Origin: Dehalococcoidia bacterium
GTDB taxonomy: Bacteria > Chloroflexota > Dehalococcoidia > Lucifugimonadales > G963668185
Direction of reading: 5' to 3'
Assembly: GCA_965261935.1 (NCBI GenBank)
Contig: OZ253485.1
Span: forward strand, 536,388-600,387
Length of the DNA stretch: 64,000 bases
Of this stretch, positions 53,613 to 63,111 are shown one piece after another; position 1 is the stretch's first letter, and the number at the start of each line of letters is the position of its first letter. The notes below the pieces were generated by a model that worked only from the letters and a program-made list of their open reading frames with translations, made no database searches and was not told where the DNA came from. Made by a program: the position numbers and the translations under genes.

Positions 53613-56255
53613 CTAGCGTCCGAGAGTTACCACCTTTGCTCTTCCGACGTTGGCATAACGTCCCGGAGTGCATGTCAGCACGATTACCTGGCATTGCCTT
53701 CCCGCGGCGGCGATGGCGGCACCCATGCTTTGGAGGCGCTGAGGGTCGCTCCATCCGAGGGCGTCGTCGATCATGACGGGCGCGCCTCCGTCGTCGGGGC
53801 TGACGATGGCGGCGCAGGCCAGCCGGCTCAGGACGCCGATCTGCTCGCGGGCGCCGGTGCTTAGCTGTTCGACGTCTAGGGTGATGCCGTCGAGGGTGCG
53901 GCGGGTGATTCGAAGGTCGTTGTCGACTTCCACAGCGAAGGTTGGGCCAAAGACGATACGTCCGAGCCGGTCGATGCGCTCTTTGAACGGCTCGACGTAG
54001 CGTTGACGAGCCTGCCGACGACGCTTCTCAAAAGTTTCTCTTAGCAGCCGTGCGGCCTCCGCACGCGCATTTACGCGCGAATACTCTCCCTTCACTCGCC
54101 GGACCTGGTTGAGCGCCTCGTCATGGAGAGTGTGCAGGCCCTCTTCGCCTCGGAAATCTAGGCTGCTTTGTAGCTTGTACTGATGCTCCTTGTTGGACTG
54201 CAAATCGTCAATAGCGCGTTTTAAGGCTTCGCGAGCGTTATCACGCAGGGCATCGAGAGAATCCGGATCCGCAGCCTTTAGTTCTGCTTTAACCCCTTCC
54301 AGAGATTTGCGAGCGTCGTCAGCCTTCTTTTCAGCCACGACGAGCGCGGTCGTCAGAACTTCATCCGCTCGGTTTTCTCTGGCTGTGGCGAGGGTAGCCG
54401 CAGCATCCTCATTGCTTATGCGGGCGTCCTTGATCCTCGCAGCAAGAACTTTTTCGCTGACCTGAGCCTTGTGAAGCGCATCAGTGGCGTTCTTGGCAGC
54501 ATCTTCGCAAGTGCCGCACTTAACCTTCCAATCAGCGAACGAAGGCTCCATCTCAGAGGCGACCCGTTTGGCTTCCTCGAAGTCTGAGGGAAGGGGCGGG
54601 TCCTCAGGACGCTCTTGGAGATAGGTAGCGACCCGCTTTGATAACCCCTTGACCTTGTCGAGAAGGATTTCGGGGGTGAGGTCCCGCAGGTCTCGCTTGA
54701 TGGCCTTGGTGGCCTCCTCGCAGTTGCGTTGGGCTTCCCGTCGCTTCTGTGCCACTGTTCGCGCCTCGGCCAGATCGGCGACGCCGCCCTCGTCGCATAG
54801 GCGCTGCAAGATCTCATGACTGCTGCCGCGCCGGTCGGCGAGTCCTCTGGACTCGGGCCCTGCGCTCACGCGCATTCTTGCGATGTTAGGAATGACCAGC
54901 ACCACCTCGTCGACTACGAGCATGCGATTGACTTCGTTGGCAGCTAGTTCGACTCTCTCATCTGCATCATCGACATGCAAAGTAAGGTCGCGCAGAGCTG
55001 TCGTCTCGACTGAAGCGGCAGCACTGTCTGCGGCAACCTTGGCACGCTCATCTTCGAGGTAGGCCTGCTCGATCCGATAAACGAGGTCGTCATCTACCCT
55101 GACCGATTCGAGAAAGTCCTCAGCCTCTCTGAGGGTCTTGGCGGCTTCCTCATATCGCTCATGGCGTTCCTTGAGTTGGGCCACCTCGATTTTCCGACGC
55201 CGGTAGTCGCGGTCCTCTGTGGCCAACCAATACCTGCTCTCGGCACAGCGAAGCGCAGAGCGGGCATCGTCGAGGGCGACCTCGGCCTTTTCGCTGTGTC
55301 GAGTGGCTGCCGTAAGAGTTGGCGCCGATTGCTCGACCTCAGCTCTGAGACCAGCCAGTCCATTCTTCTGACGGTCGAGCGTGTTGATCAGCTCTTGCCG
55401 GCTATGCTGTTCATTGACAGCCCGGCTGCGCTGCGCCTCTGCAGCGTCGTAGACAGCGGTCAGGCGCTCGATTTCGATACGCAGCCTCTCCGCCGAATCC
55501 CACCGCTTTGTCAACTCGGACTCTTGCTTTTCGCACTCCGTTCGGGTCACAGCAAGTCGGCTTGCGTCGGCAACCAACCAGATCATTTGGTTCGTGTCGC
55601 TCTCGATCTCTCCGAGCCGCTCATTCAGCTCGCTGACATCTTTCTGAGCCTCCTCCACTCTCTGCTCCAACGACCTCAACTCTCTTCCGGTCTGACCCGT
55701 CCGGGTCCAATACTTGTCGTACTCATCACCGATGCGGTCCCACAGAGTGTCTTCGCGGTCGGTTGCGATATCACCGCCCGCAGCGCGATCCAGGGCTTTG
55801 CCCATCGACGGCAAGTCAAACTTGGGTAAGTTCAACTCCGTGCCCTGCTCGATTCGCAGCGCTGCCCAGAGGTCCTCGTCAAGAGTCTCTCCTAGAATCG
55901 CCTTTGCACGGTCGTGCGCCTCGCGCCCAGTGCAACTCTCACCATGCGGCGCACTGACCTCAAGCGTTGTCTCCGGCCTACGCAGCCACCGCTTACGATA
56001 CACAAACTCGTATGGGCCGGTGGTCATATGGATCTCAACTTCAGGGCCGGCATCGCGGTCGACGGGCTTGACGGACTTTACGTCCGAATGTTGAGAAGAG
56101 TCCGGCAGCTCGATCGCTAACTGGAGCGCTTCCGCAATTGAGGTCTTTCCAACTTCGTTCTGCCCCTCGACGATGGTGACGCCACTGGGGGAGAAGCTGA
56201 CGTCAGAGCAGGCAACGCCGCGGTAGTTGAGCAAACGCACTCGATTGAGTCTCAT
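53613..56255 (-). CDS. sbcC: SbcC/Rad50-like ATPase
   Basis: N-terminal GQNEVGKTS Walker A. Long coiled coil with a CGTC zinc hook (KVKCGTCEDA). C-terminal LSTGAREQ signature and VMIDDALG Walker B. Confidence 0.85.
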   Translation of the reverse strand: MRLNRVRLLNYRGVACSDVSFSPSGVTIVEGQNEVGKTSIAEALQLAIELPDSSQHSDVKSVKPVDRDAGPEVEIHMTTGPYEFVYRKRWLRRPETTLEVSAPHGESCTGREAHDRAKAILGETLDEDLWAALRIEQGTELNLPKFDLPSMGKALDRAAGGDIATDREDTLWDRIGDEYDKYWTRTGQTGRELRSLEQRVEEAQKDVSELNERLGEIESDTNQMIWLVADASRLAVTRTECEKQESELTKRWDSAERLRIEIERLTAVYDAAEAQRSRAVNEQHSRQELINTLDRQKNGLAGLRAEVEQSAPTLTAATRHSEKAEVALDDARSALRCAESRYWLATEDRDYRRRKIEVAQLKERHERYEEAAKTLREAEDFLESVRVDDDLVYRIEQAYLEDERAKVAADSAAASVETTALRDLTLHVDDADERVELAANEVNRMLVVDEVVLVIPNIARMRVSAGPESRGLADRRGSSHEILQRLCDEGGVADLAEARTVAQKRREAQRNCEEATKAIKRDLRDLTPEILLDKVKGLSKRVATYLQERPEDPPLPSDFEEAKRVASEMEPSFADWKVKCGTCEDAAKNATDALHKAQVSEKVLAARIKDARISNEDAAATLATARENRADEVLTTALVVAEKKADDARKSLEGVKAELKAADPDSLDALRDNAREALKRAIDDLQSNKEHQYKLQSSLDFRGEEGLHTLHDEALNQVRRVKGEYSRVNARAEAARLLRETFEKRRRQARQRYVEPFKERIDRLGRIVFGPTFAVEVDNDLRITRRTLDGITLDVEQLSTGAREQIGVLSRLACAAIVSPDDGGAPVMIDDALGWSDPQRLQSMGAAIAAAGRQCQVIVLTCTPGRYANVGRAKVVTLGR

Positions 56256-57382
56256 GCGCGCTGACCCGCGAGCCGGTGCAGGAGGGCCAAGGCGTCGCGC
56301 GCAACGACCGCCTGGTCACCGGACTTAGCCATGTCATGCAGGTCAAGCAGGGCCTCCTGTGCAAAGCCCGAGAAGTCGAAATAGTCTTGGTCGGCGGCAT
56401 CGGGCACCACGATCAAGTCGCTTTGTCGTTCCCAAGTCTCCAAGGCCGCGAGCAGGTCGGCGTTGTGCTCCAGCACGCTGTCGAGCCGCGCCTTCTGGGC
56501 CACAGATACTTGGCCTATTACCGACACTTTACCAATAGTACGGTCCTTAGCTTCCAGCCCGGATAGCCACTCCTCCAGCGCCTCGATGTCCTGTTCGCCG
56601 CCCAAGTCCCATTCACGGCGCACGAACCGCCAGGCGCCCACGTGTCGGGCCTCCACATCTATGCTGTCGACATCGACGTCGACGATGAGCACGTTCCCTG
56701 GGTCGATCTCCGTATAGTCCGTGGGTTCGGGCGCGCCCGAATACCAAACCCTGCCGGTGATGCCTACATCAGTTGTCGAGTGGCGGTCGCCAAGAGCGAC
56801 GTACTGAATTAAGCCTGACTTGACTCTCTCCTCTATCCGATCCAACGCAATGAGCTTAGGGTCGTCGGGAGTCGGTGACATTGAGTCGACAGCGCCGTGA
56901 CCCACCACGATGCGGACGGCGTCCGTTGGCTCAAGTTTCTCGCAGGCTGAATTCACCAAGTCGATGTTTGGGTACTTGTTGGGCCACGGTGCGGGAACTA
57001 GCTCGACGCCGGGCGCCGCTTGCACCGGATCAAACCCTTCCAGCACCTTCACGTTGTCCGGTTGAAGCTCGGTGAACGTCGAAGAGCGGTAAATGGAGGA
57101 CGCATCAAGAGGGTCGTGGTTGCCTGGTAACAGGAAGAATGTGACGTCCGGGGTTGCGGACATCTTTTCGAATGCTCGTCCAAGCACCTGTCGCTGCACG
57201 TGATTCGATTCGAACACATCGCCGCACACCACGACGAACTCGCAATTCTCCTCCATGGAGAGTTTTCCGATCTGTTCGATAACATCGAGCCGTGCTGCGC
57301 TGAAGCGCGGCTGGGCGTCGGCGCTCAGATAATGTCTAGTCATCCCGAGTTGCCAGTCAGCAGTGTGCAGAAACTTGACCAT
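56252..57382 (-). CDS. sbcD: SbcD/Mre11-like metallophosphoesterase nuclease
   Basis: FLHTADWQLG, VVCGDVFES and LLPGNHD phosphoesterase motifs. 4-nt overlap with sbcC. Confidence 0.85.
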   Translation of the reverse strand: MVKFLHTADWQLGMTRHYLSADAQPRFSAARLDVIEQIGKLSMEENCEFVVVCGDVFESNHVQRQVLGRAFEKMSATPDVTFFLLPGNHDPLDASSIYRSSTFTELQPDNVKVLEGFDPVQAAPGVELVPAPWPNKYPNIDLVNSACEKLEPTDAVRIVVGHGAVDSMSPTPDDPKLIALDRIEERVKSGLIQYVALGDRHSTTDVGITGRVWYSGAPEPTDYTEIDPGNVLIVDVDVDSIDVEARHVGAWRFVRREWDLGGEQDIEALEEWLSGLEAKDRTIGKVSVIGQVSVAQKARLDSVLEHNADLLAALETWERQSDLIVVPDAADQDYFDFSGFAQEALLDLHDMAKSGDQAVVARDALALLHRLAGQRA

Positions 57383-57633
57383 ACTTCAGAAATTTTACTC
57401 TTGCAACCGGGGAGTACAGGCTGTTATGAACTGCCAATGAACGGCAACGCCAGACAGTTGAGCGATTGGTCGCCGCAAGGGTCGCCTTCGATTGGCATTC
57501 AAGAAGATCACGGAGTGCGATTCGATAGCGTTTCGGTAAGAGAGATATCTCCCCGATCTAGCCGTTTCCCACGTCCCTGATCATTCAAACGCCTTGGCTC
57601 TCTTCACCTGTCCATCGCTTTCAGGTCCTACCC

Positions 57634-58866
57634 TCACCCTCCCGAGCGCGCGGCGAAGTCCGACCGCGCAGCGTCGAGAAGTTCCTGATCGTTCAGAACG
57701 TCGCAAGCCGCGAGCGCAATCGTCTTGGCGACAAGGATGCCCTGCCGATTCGCCAGCTCGGATCCGGCCGCCTCGGTCATTCGCTTCGAGTGACCCGGGA
57801 CCGGTCCATCGCTGATCGCGAAGCTAATCGCGAAAGACGGCACTTCGTGGCTGACGTTACCGAAGTCGGTAGAGGCGCCAACGGGCCGATTACCGGCCGG
57901 CAGCTCATCAGTCTGTAGGCCAACTGCCTTTGCGGCCGACAATGCGGCCGTTGCAAGTGGCGAATTGGGACGCACATTTTCGTAAAGCGGATCGCCGGGC
58001 AGGATCTCCAGGCGAGCGCCTGTCATCGATGCCGCACCTTCGGCAACGCCTCGAACCTTGTCTACAACTTCGGCGAGGTACTCGCGATCCCTGGCTCTCA
58101 GCAGGAAGTTGGCCTCGGCGTACTCAGGGACTACGTTGGGCGCTGAGCCGCCGTGAGTGATGACGCCGTGTACGCGGGCGTCGCCCCGAAGGTGCTGCCG
58201 AAGCGAGTCGATGCCGGCGAACAAGTGCAGCAACGCGTTGAGAGCGTTCACCCCCTCGTGCGGGGCGGATGCTGCGTGCGCGGCTTTACCGTGGTAGGCG
58301 TAGCGGTATCCGACCAAGGCCAGTGAGAGACTCTCCCCAATCGGCACGTCGGTGTGGATGATAGTGCGATCCGAGGCAGGATGGCTGGACAGCACCACAT
58401 CGACGTCATCGAACAGTCCGGCCTCCAGCATTCGGATCTTGGCGCCGTCTGTCTCTTCGGCGGGAGTGCCCATCACGACGACCGAACCTGGCAGTGCACC
58501 CAGCGCAGCCTGTGCCCCGATGCCGGCTCCCACAGCGGTCTGAGCGATCAGGTTGTGCCCGCAGCCGTGGCCGATGTCCGGGAGAGCGTCGTACTCGGCC
58601 AGGACCGCCACCACGGGACCGTTCGAACTTCCAGCGGCCACGGCCCTGAACCCGGTCTCGATTCCGGCGACAGGCCACTCTACCTCAAAGCCGTGTCTGC
58701 CGAGAAAGCCCGTAAGCAGCTCGGCCGCATGGTGTTCTTCGTTGCCGAGCTCGGGGTGCGCGTGGATATCGAGGCTGATATCGATCAGTTCATTCCCGGC
58801 AGCGTCTATCGCTTGCACCACTTCGTCTAAGTACGGTCTGTGTGGAGATGGGTTAGCGGTCGCCAT
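57634..58866 (-). CDS. M20D-family amidohydrolase (AbgB/hippurate-hydrolase-like)
   Basis: Track ORF trimmed to MATANPSPHRPYLDE... IHAHPELGNEEHHAA and GCGHNLIA metal-site motifs. Confidence 0.85.
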   Translation of the reverse strand: MATANPSPHRPYLDEVVQAIDAAGNELIDISLDIHAHPELGNEEHHAAELLTGFLGRHGFEVEWPVAGIETGFRAVAAGSSNGPVVAVLAEYDALPDIGHGCGHNLIAQTAVGAGIGAQAALGALPGSVVVMGTPAEETDGAKIRMLEAGLFDDVDVVLSSHPASDRTIIHTDVPIGESLSLALVGYRYAYHGKAAHAASAPHEGVNALNALLHLFAGIDSLRQHLRGDARVHGVITHGGSAPNVVPEYAEANFLLRARDREYLAEVVDKVRGVAEGAASMTGARLEILPGDPLYENVRPNSPLATAALSAAKAVGLQTDELPAGNRPVGASTDFGNVSHEVPSFAISFAISDGPVPGHSKRMTEAAGSELANRQGILVAKTIALAACDVLNDQELLDAARSDFAARSGG

Positions 58867-59553
58867 TTGACTCTCTTGTAATTGGATCCCCTCAGAATTC
58901 TGCCACGCTGCCGAAGCATCGCCAATACGAGACCTGTGTGTAGCAAGGTTCGCACCATGGGGCGCTGCAGTTTCCACCCAAAACGCAGTTTGGCCGCCCA
59001 TTTCTGAGCGGCCAAACCTTGTTGCTCCGGAGCAACTGCCCTACAGAGCAAGACCGGCCGTACGGACCGGCGATGCTCGGAACCGGGTAAGCGGTCCCGT
59101 TCCTGCCTGTGGGCAGACAGCAGCCTGACTGATTCCCTGCCGGGAGGTCAGCCAGGCGACCCTGAAGGGAACTTCCATTGGTTGACCAGAACGTGAAGTC
59201 TAATCAACTCTACCCCCTTATTCCAGCGCAGATTTTGCGCCGGTTAGTGTCCGAGGAGGACCGACTACCGACGTTAAGTCCAGTCTTCGCCCTCTCTCAC
59301 CTTGACGGTAAGCTTAGCATCTGAAACGTTCGTATGTCAAGCTCATTGCTGCGTATTCTGCCTAAACATGTAGATCTGTTAAGTGCATTATTTCACAATA
59401 CGGCAGAGCTTGCGAAATCCGTCACATTCATTCTCACTGATCGGACCGTTGTCATAAAGGTAGCCAGCGCTGCTGATTCTAAGCGCGACGAATGAGTTCA
59501 TGCTATATAAGGGGCATGACCAGACTTCCTTCACCGCAAGGTGAAATGCTCAC

Positions 59554-60522
59554 ATGGTAGCCAGCAGAAAACGATCCGGCCGCGGGCGGGCAGGATCCGG
59601 TATATGGCTAATCTGGCTCAGGCCGTGGATTTGGGTGTCCACGGTAGTATGGTCATGGCTGCACCATATGTTCTTAGTTCAGCTCATCGTGCGCGTAGTA
59701 AGAGAGGTGTCGGAGGATGACGCAACTCACATGGCAGCCGGCATCTCTTACTACGCGCTGTTCTCAGTGTTCCCTCTCGTGCTAGGGATGACAGCCCTGT
59801 TCAGCGTGTTCGTAGATACGGAGACTGTCATCTTGAGACTCACCCAGTTCGCAAATGAGTATCTCCCGGGCACGGAGGACCTGATCAGGCAGAATGTGGA
59901 GACGGCGTTGGCCCTCAGAGGCGCTTTGGGGCTGTTCGCCGTGCTCGGGTTGTTCTGGTCGGCCAGCGCCGTCTTCGGTGCGCTGAACCGCTCAATAAAC
60001 CGCGCGTGGGACATTCAGGTTGACCGACCACTATACGTTGGCAAGCCCCGCCAAATGCTCATGGCGGTAGGCGTGGCGCTGCTCTTCATCATGTCGCTCG
60101 GGGCCGCAACGCTCGCACGAGAGGCAGAGCGCATCTCAGAGTCCGGTATTTCGCTGATCGAGTCGATCCCAACCCTGTCAAGCGAGGTCTTTCTGCGGGC
60201 CGCATCGGTTCTGCTCACCCTTGCAATTTTCCTATTGATTTACCGGTACATGCCAAATACGAAGACTTACTGGAGATACATCTGGCCCGGCGCCATTGTA
60301 GGAACGCTTCTCTTCGAAACAGCCAAGAACGTGTTCATCATATACACATCTCGATTCGCCAATTTCGAGAACGTTTACGGCTCTCTCGCGCCGGTGATCG
60401 CGTTGTTGTTATGGGCGTACGTGGCAAGCTTCATCCTGATCCTCGGTGCGGAGATCAGTTCTGAGTACGAACGCCTCAAGAGGGGAGCAGCGCAGGGCAG
60501 GCTGCTGGAGCCACACGACTGA
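59554..60522 (+). CDS. YihY/BrkB (ribonuclease BN-like) family membrane protein
   Basis: AAGISYYALFSVFPL..., six TM helices. C-terminal GAEISSEYERL. Confidence 0.85.
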   Translation: MVASRKRSGRGRAGSGIWLIWLRPWIWVSTVVWSWLHHMFLVQLIVRVVREVSEDDATHMAAGISYYALFSVFPLVLGMTALFSVFVDTETVILRLTQFANEYLPGTEDLIRQNVETALALRGALGLFAVLGLFWSASAVFGALNRSINRAWDIQVDRPLYVGKPRQMLMAVGVALLFIMSLGAATLAREAERISESGISLIESIPTLSSEVFLRAASVLLTLAIFLLIYRYMPNTKTYWRYIWPGAIVGTLLFETAKNVFIIYTSRFANFENVYGSLAPVIALLLWAYVASFILILGAEISSEYERLKRGAAQGRLLEPHD

Positions 60523-60664
60523 CACGCCCACAGGTTGCCTGGACAAGACTGAGTCTCAGCGTTCGTCACTTATCCCCATCACCCGCCGCGGAGCCACTTC
60601 CACATAAGCAGTCGCATTCATGCGGTGCTTCGTCACAATCTGTTAGTCTCTTCGGGGACACTCA

Positions 60665-62059
60665 ATGAACGAGCGGAAGAGCGCCTCAACAATCAAAATA
60701 GAGAACGCAGAATACGTCGTCACCGTGGACGCGGATCGGCGGATCATTCGCGGCGGCAACGTGATCATCGAGGGCTCAACGATAGCCTGCGTGGGCAAAG
60801 CGGATGAACTCTCCGATGTACCCGTTGAGCAGGTAATCGACGGACGGCATATGGTCGTCACCCCTGGATTCACGAACGGTCATCTGCACGTCAGCTACGC
60901 CCATGCCACTCGAGGCATCTTCCCGGACGATCTGCCGACGCACGAGTACCTGCGGACGGTGTTCAGGCTGCAACAGGCGATGACGGAAGAGGAAGAGCAC
61001 CTCACTTCCCTGCTCGGAATCACGGAACTTCTCAAGTACGGCGTCACAACGTTCCTGGACCCGGGGACGACGACACACCTCGACGCCTGCATGGAGGCCT
61101 ACAGGGAGGCTGGCTGCCGGATCATTGTCGGCAGGTCTGTCAACGACGCGACCGACGTCGCAGGTGTGAAGCCAACGGGAACGGACGAAGCGCTGGCGAT
61201 GACAGAGGAAGCGATCCACCGGTACGACGGCGCCTTAGACGGCCGGGTAAGGGCGTGGGCGATGCCGTTCTCGCAGGAATCCTGCTCGGGTGAGCTTCTG
61301 CTGCAGCTCAAGCGTATGGCCGATGAGAATGGAACCGGCGTCACGCTGCACCAGACCAATCTCAAGGAGACGGCAGACACACACAAGGCCGAGCATGGCC
61401 ACTATCCGGTGGAGTGCCTGGAGCACGACGGCCTGCTGGGGCCAAACGTGTTGCTTGCCCACTTGGCATTTGCTGACCCGTCGGAGATCGACTCGCTGGT
61501 GAGAACGGACACGAGAGTGGTGCTATGCCCAACCGCCGCTCTGAAGCAAGGTTCCGGCATCGGGCCGCACGGGGTACTGCCGGAGCTACTGGACCGGGGG
61601 GTCTGCGTAGGCCTGGGAACGGACTCAGGCAACAATTCCAACCTCACCGAAACTATGCGTTCAATGTACCTCGCAGCAACACTCTTCAAGGACGCACGGC
61701 GCACCACGAGTGTGGTGACGGCTGAGCAGGCGCTGGAAATGGCAACATTGCATGGAGCTCGATCGCTTGGCCTCGACACCGAGGTAGGCTCAATCGAGGT
61801 TGGAAAGAAGGCCGACCTCGTCCTGTTTGACACGCGGCGCCCGGAGTGGCGCACGTTGTTCAACCCGGTCACCAATCTGGTGTATGGCGCAGACGGCCGA
61901 AGCGTCCACACTGTAATCGTGGACGGCAAGATCGTGGTCCGGGACCATGCGCCGACGTACGTGGACGAATGGGAACTGATCCAGAAAGTGCAAGAGGCGG
62001 GCGAGGACATGATGCGGCGCACCGGCATCTCATTCGACAGCAGATGGCCGATAGTCTAA
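60665..62059 (+). CDS. Amidohydrolase-superfamily deaminase/chlorohydrolase-like enzyme
   Basis: PGFTNGHLHVSYAH (HxH metal motif). LAHLAF, GLGTDSGN. Confidence 0.85.
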   Translation: MNERKSASTIKIENAEYVVTVDADRRIIRGGNVIIEGSTIACVGKADELSDVPVEQVIDGRHMVVTPGFTNGHLHVSYAHATRGIFPDDLPTHEYLRTVFRLQQAMTEEEEHLTSLLGITELLKYGVTTFLDPGTTTHLDACMEAYREAGCRIIVGRSVNDATDVAGVKPTGTDEALAMTEEAIHRYDGALDGRVRAWAMPFSQESCSGELLLQLKRMADENGTGVTLHQTNLKETADTHKAEHGHYPVECLEHDGLLGPNVLLAHLAFADPSEIDSLVRTDTRVVLCPTAALKQGSGIGPHGVLPELLDRGVCVGLGTDSGNNSNLTETMRSMYLAATLFKDARRTTSVVTAEQALEMATLHGARSLGLDTEVGSIEVGKKADLVLFDTRRPEWRTLFNPVTNLVYGADGRSVHTVIVDGKIVVRDHAPTYVDEWELIQKVQEAGEDMMRRTGISFDSRWPIV

Positions 62060-63111
62060 CCCTGGGGCCGATGTCAAACAGCGACGACGCCGGAATAAAG
62101 TCAACGCGTACACTGATGCTGGCCGCGGACGCAATTCAGAAGCACAACTCGTTCGTGCTTACCACGCACCGTGAACCGGATGGGGACGGACTGGGCGCGG
62201 AGGCGGGTCTCCACGGGGCCCTCTCGCAGTTGGGCAAACATGTGCGCATCGTCAACAACGATCCTGTGCCAGATCGTTACAGTTTCCTACCAAACCGCGA
62301 GGCGTTCGAGACGTATAACGCCGCTGTGCATGATGAGTTGATCGACGGCGTGGATGTCTTGGCGATCGTTGACGCGGCTCACCCAGACAGGACGGGCCGC
62401 ATGGAGACGGTCCTAACGGCGTACAAGGGCCTCAAGCTCGCGATAGACCATCACCAATTCACGGGATGGGCCTCTATTGACCTTGTTGACTCGAAAGCCG
62501 CCGCGGCTGCGGTGGTGACGCAGGAATTGATCGAGGCGCTACCGGTGACGCTGACACCCGAGATAGCCAGCGCTCTGTACGTTGGACTGGCAAGCGACAC
62601 ACAGAACTTCACAACAGCGAACACATCCGCAGAGTCCCACAAGTGCGCGGCCCGACTCATCCAAGCGGGAGCCGAACCAGCCGAAGCGCATCGGCTGATG
62701 TCAGCGACCTGGCGACCGGCACGTCTCAAGCTGCTGGGCAAGTTCACGTCAACCTTGGAGCTATCGGCCGAAGGACAGTTGGCCTGGGGCGTGCTAACTC
62801 ACAAGGATCTCTGCGCATATAGCGTGGAAAGGTCGGAACTGAACGGGTTTGTGGACCGACTACTCCTCATCGCATCGGCGAGAGCAGCGATGATGCTAGT
62901 GGAGGAGCCAGACGGCTCCTACAAGATCAGCTTGAGGGCGAGGCCCGGGGTGCGAGTTGACGATGTCGCTGAGTCTTTCGGAGGTGGAGGCCACCGGCTT
63001 GCTGCAGGAGCACGTGTCTCAGCGGCAAAGGGCAATGAGATTATCGAGGTCCTTCGGAGGTTCGGGGAAGAGGCCGAAGCGGCAGTTGGACCGACGGAGT
63101 CCGCAAACTAG
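62044..63111 (+). CDS. nrnA: DHH/DHHA1 phosphoesterase (NrnA-like oligoribonuclease / pAp phosphatase)
   Basis: Track ORF trimmed to MADSLTLGPMSNSDD... (alternative start 62071). THREPDGDGLG, AIDHHQF and GGGGHRLAAGA motifs. Confidence 0.85.
   Translation: MADSLTLGPMSNSDDAGIKSTRTLMLAADAIQKHNSFVLTTHREPDGDGLGAEAGLHGALSQLGKHVRIVNNDPVPDRYSFLPNREAFETYNAAVHDELIDGVDVLAIVDAAHPDRTGRMETVLTAYKGLKLAIDHHQFTGWASIDLVDSKAAAAAVVTQELIEALPVTLTPEIASALYVGLASDTQNFTTANTSAESHKCAARLIQAGAEPAEAHRLMSATWRPARLKLLGKFTSTLELSAEGQLAWGVLTHKDLCAYSVERSELNGFVDRLLLIASARAAMMLVEEPDGSYKISLRARPGVRVDDVAESFGGGGHRLAAGARVSAAKGNEIIEVLRRFGEEAEAAVGPTESAN

Noticed and set aside
53336-53776. Plus-strand ORF of 146 aa at the sbcC 3' end
   Set aside because: It overlaps the sbcC coding region antisense and has no recognisable features or ribosome-binding site.
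53613-57382. SMC-like ATPase plus metallophosphoesterase pair as a phage-defence system (Lamassu/Wadjet-like)
   Set aside because: The two-gene layout with 4-nt overlap, Mre11-type phosphoesterase motifs and a CxxC zinc hook in the coiled coil fit canonical SbcCD. No extra defence-specific genes are adjacent.
59090-59200. Possible SRP (4.5S) RNA because of CAGCAGCC and CCGGGAGGTCAG strings
   Set aside because: The order and orientation of the blocks do not match the conserved domain IV layout (GGUCCGGAAGGAAGCAGCC) on either strand.
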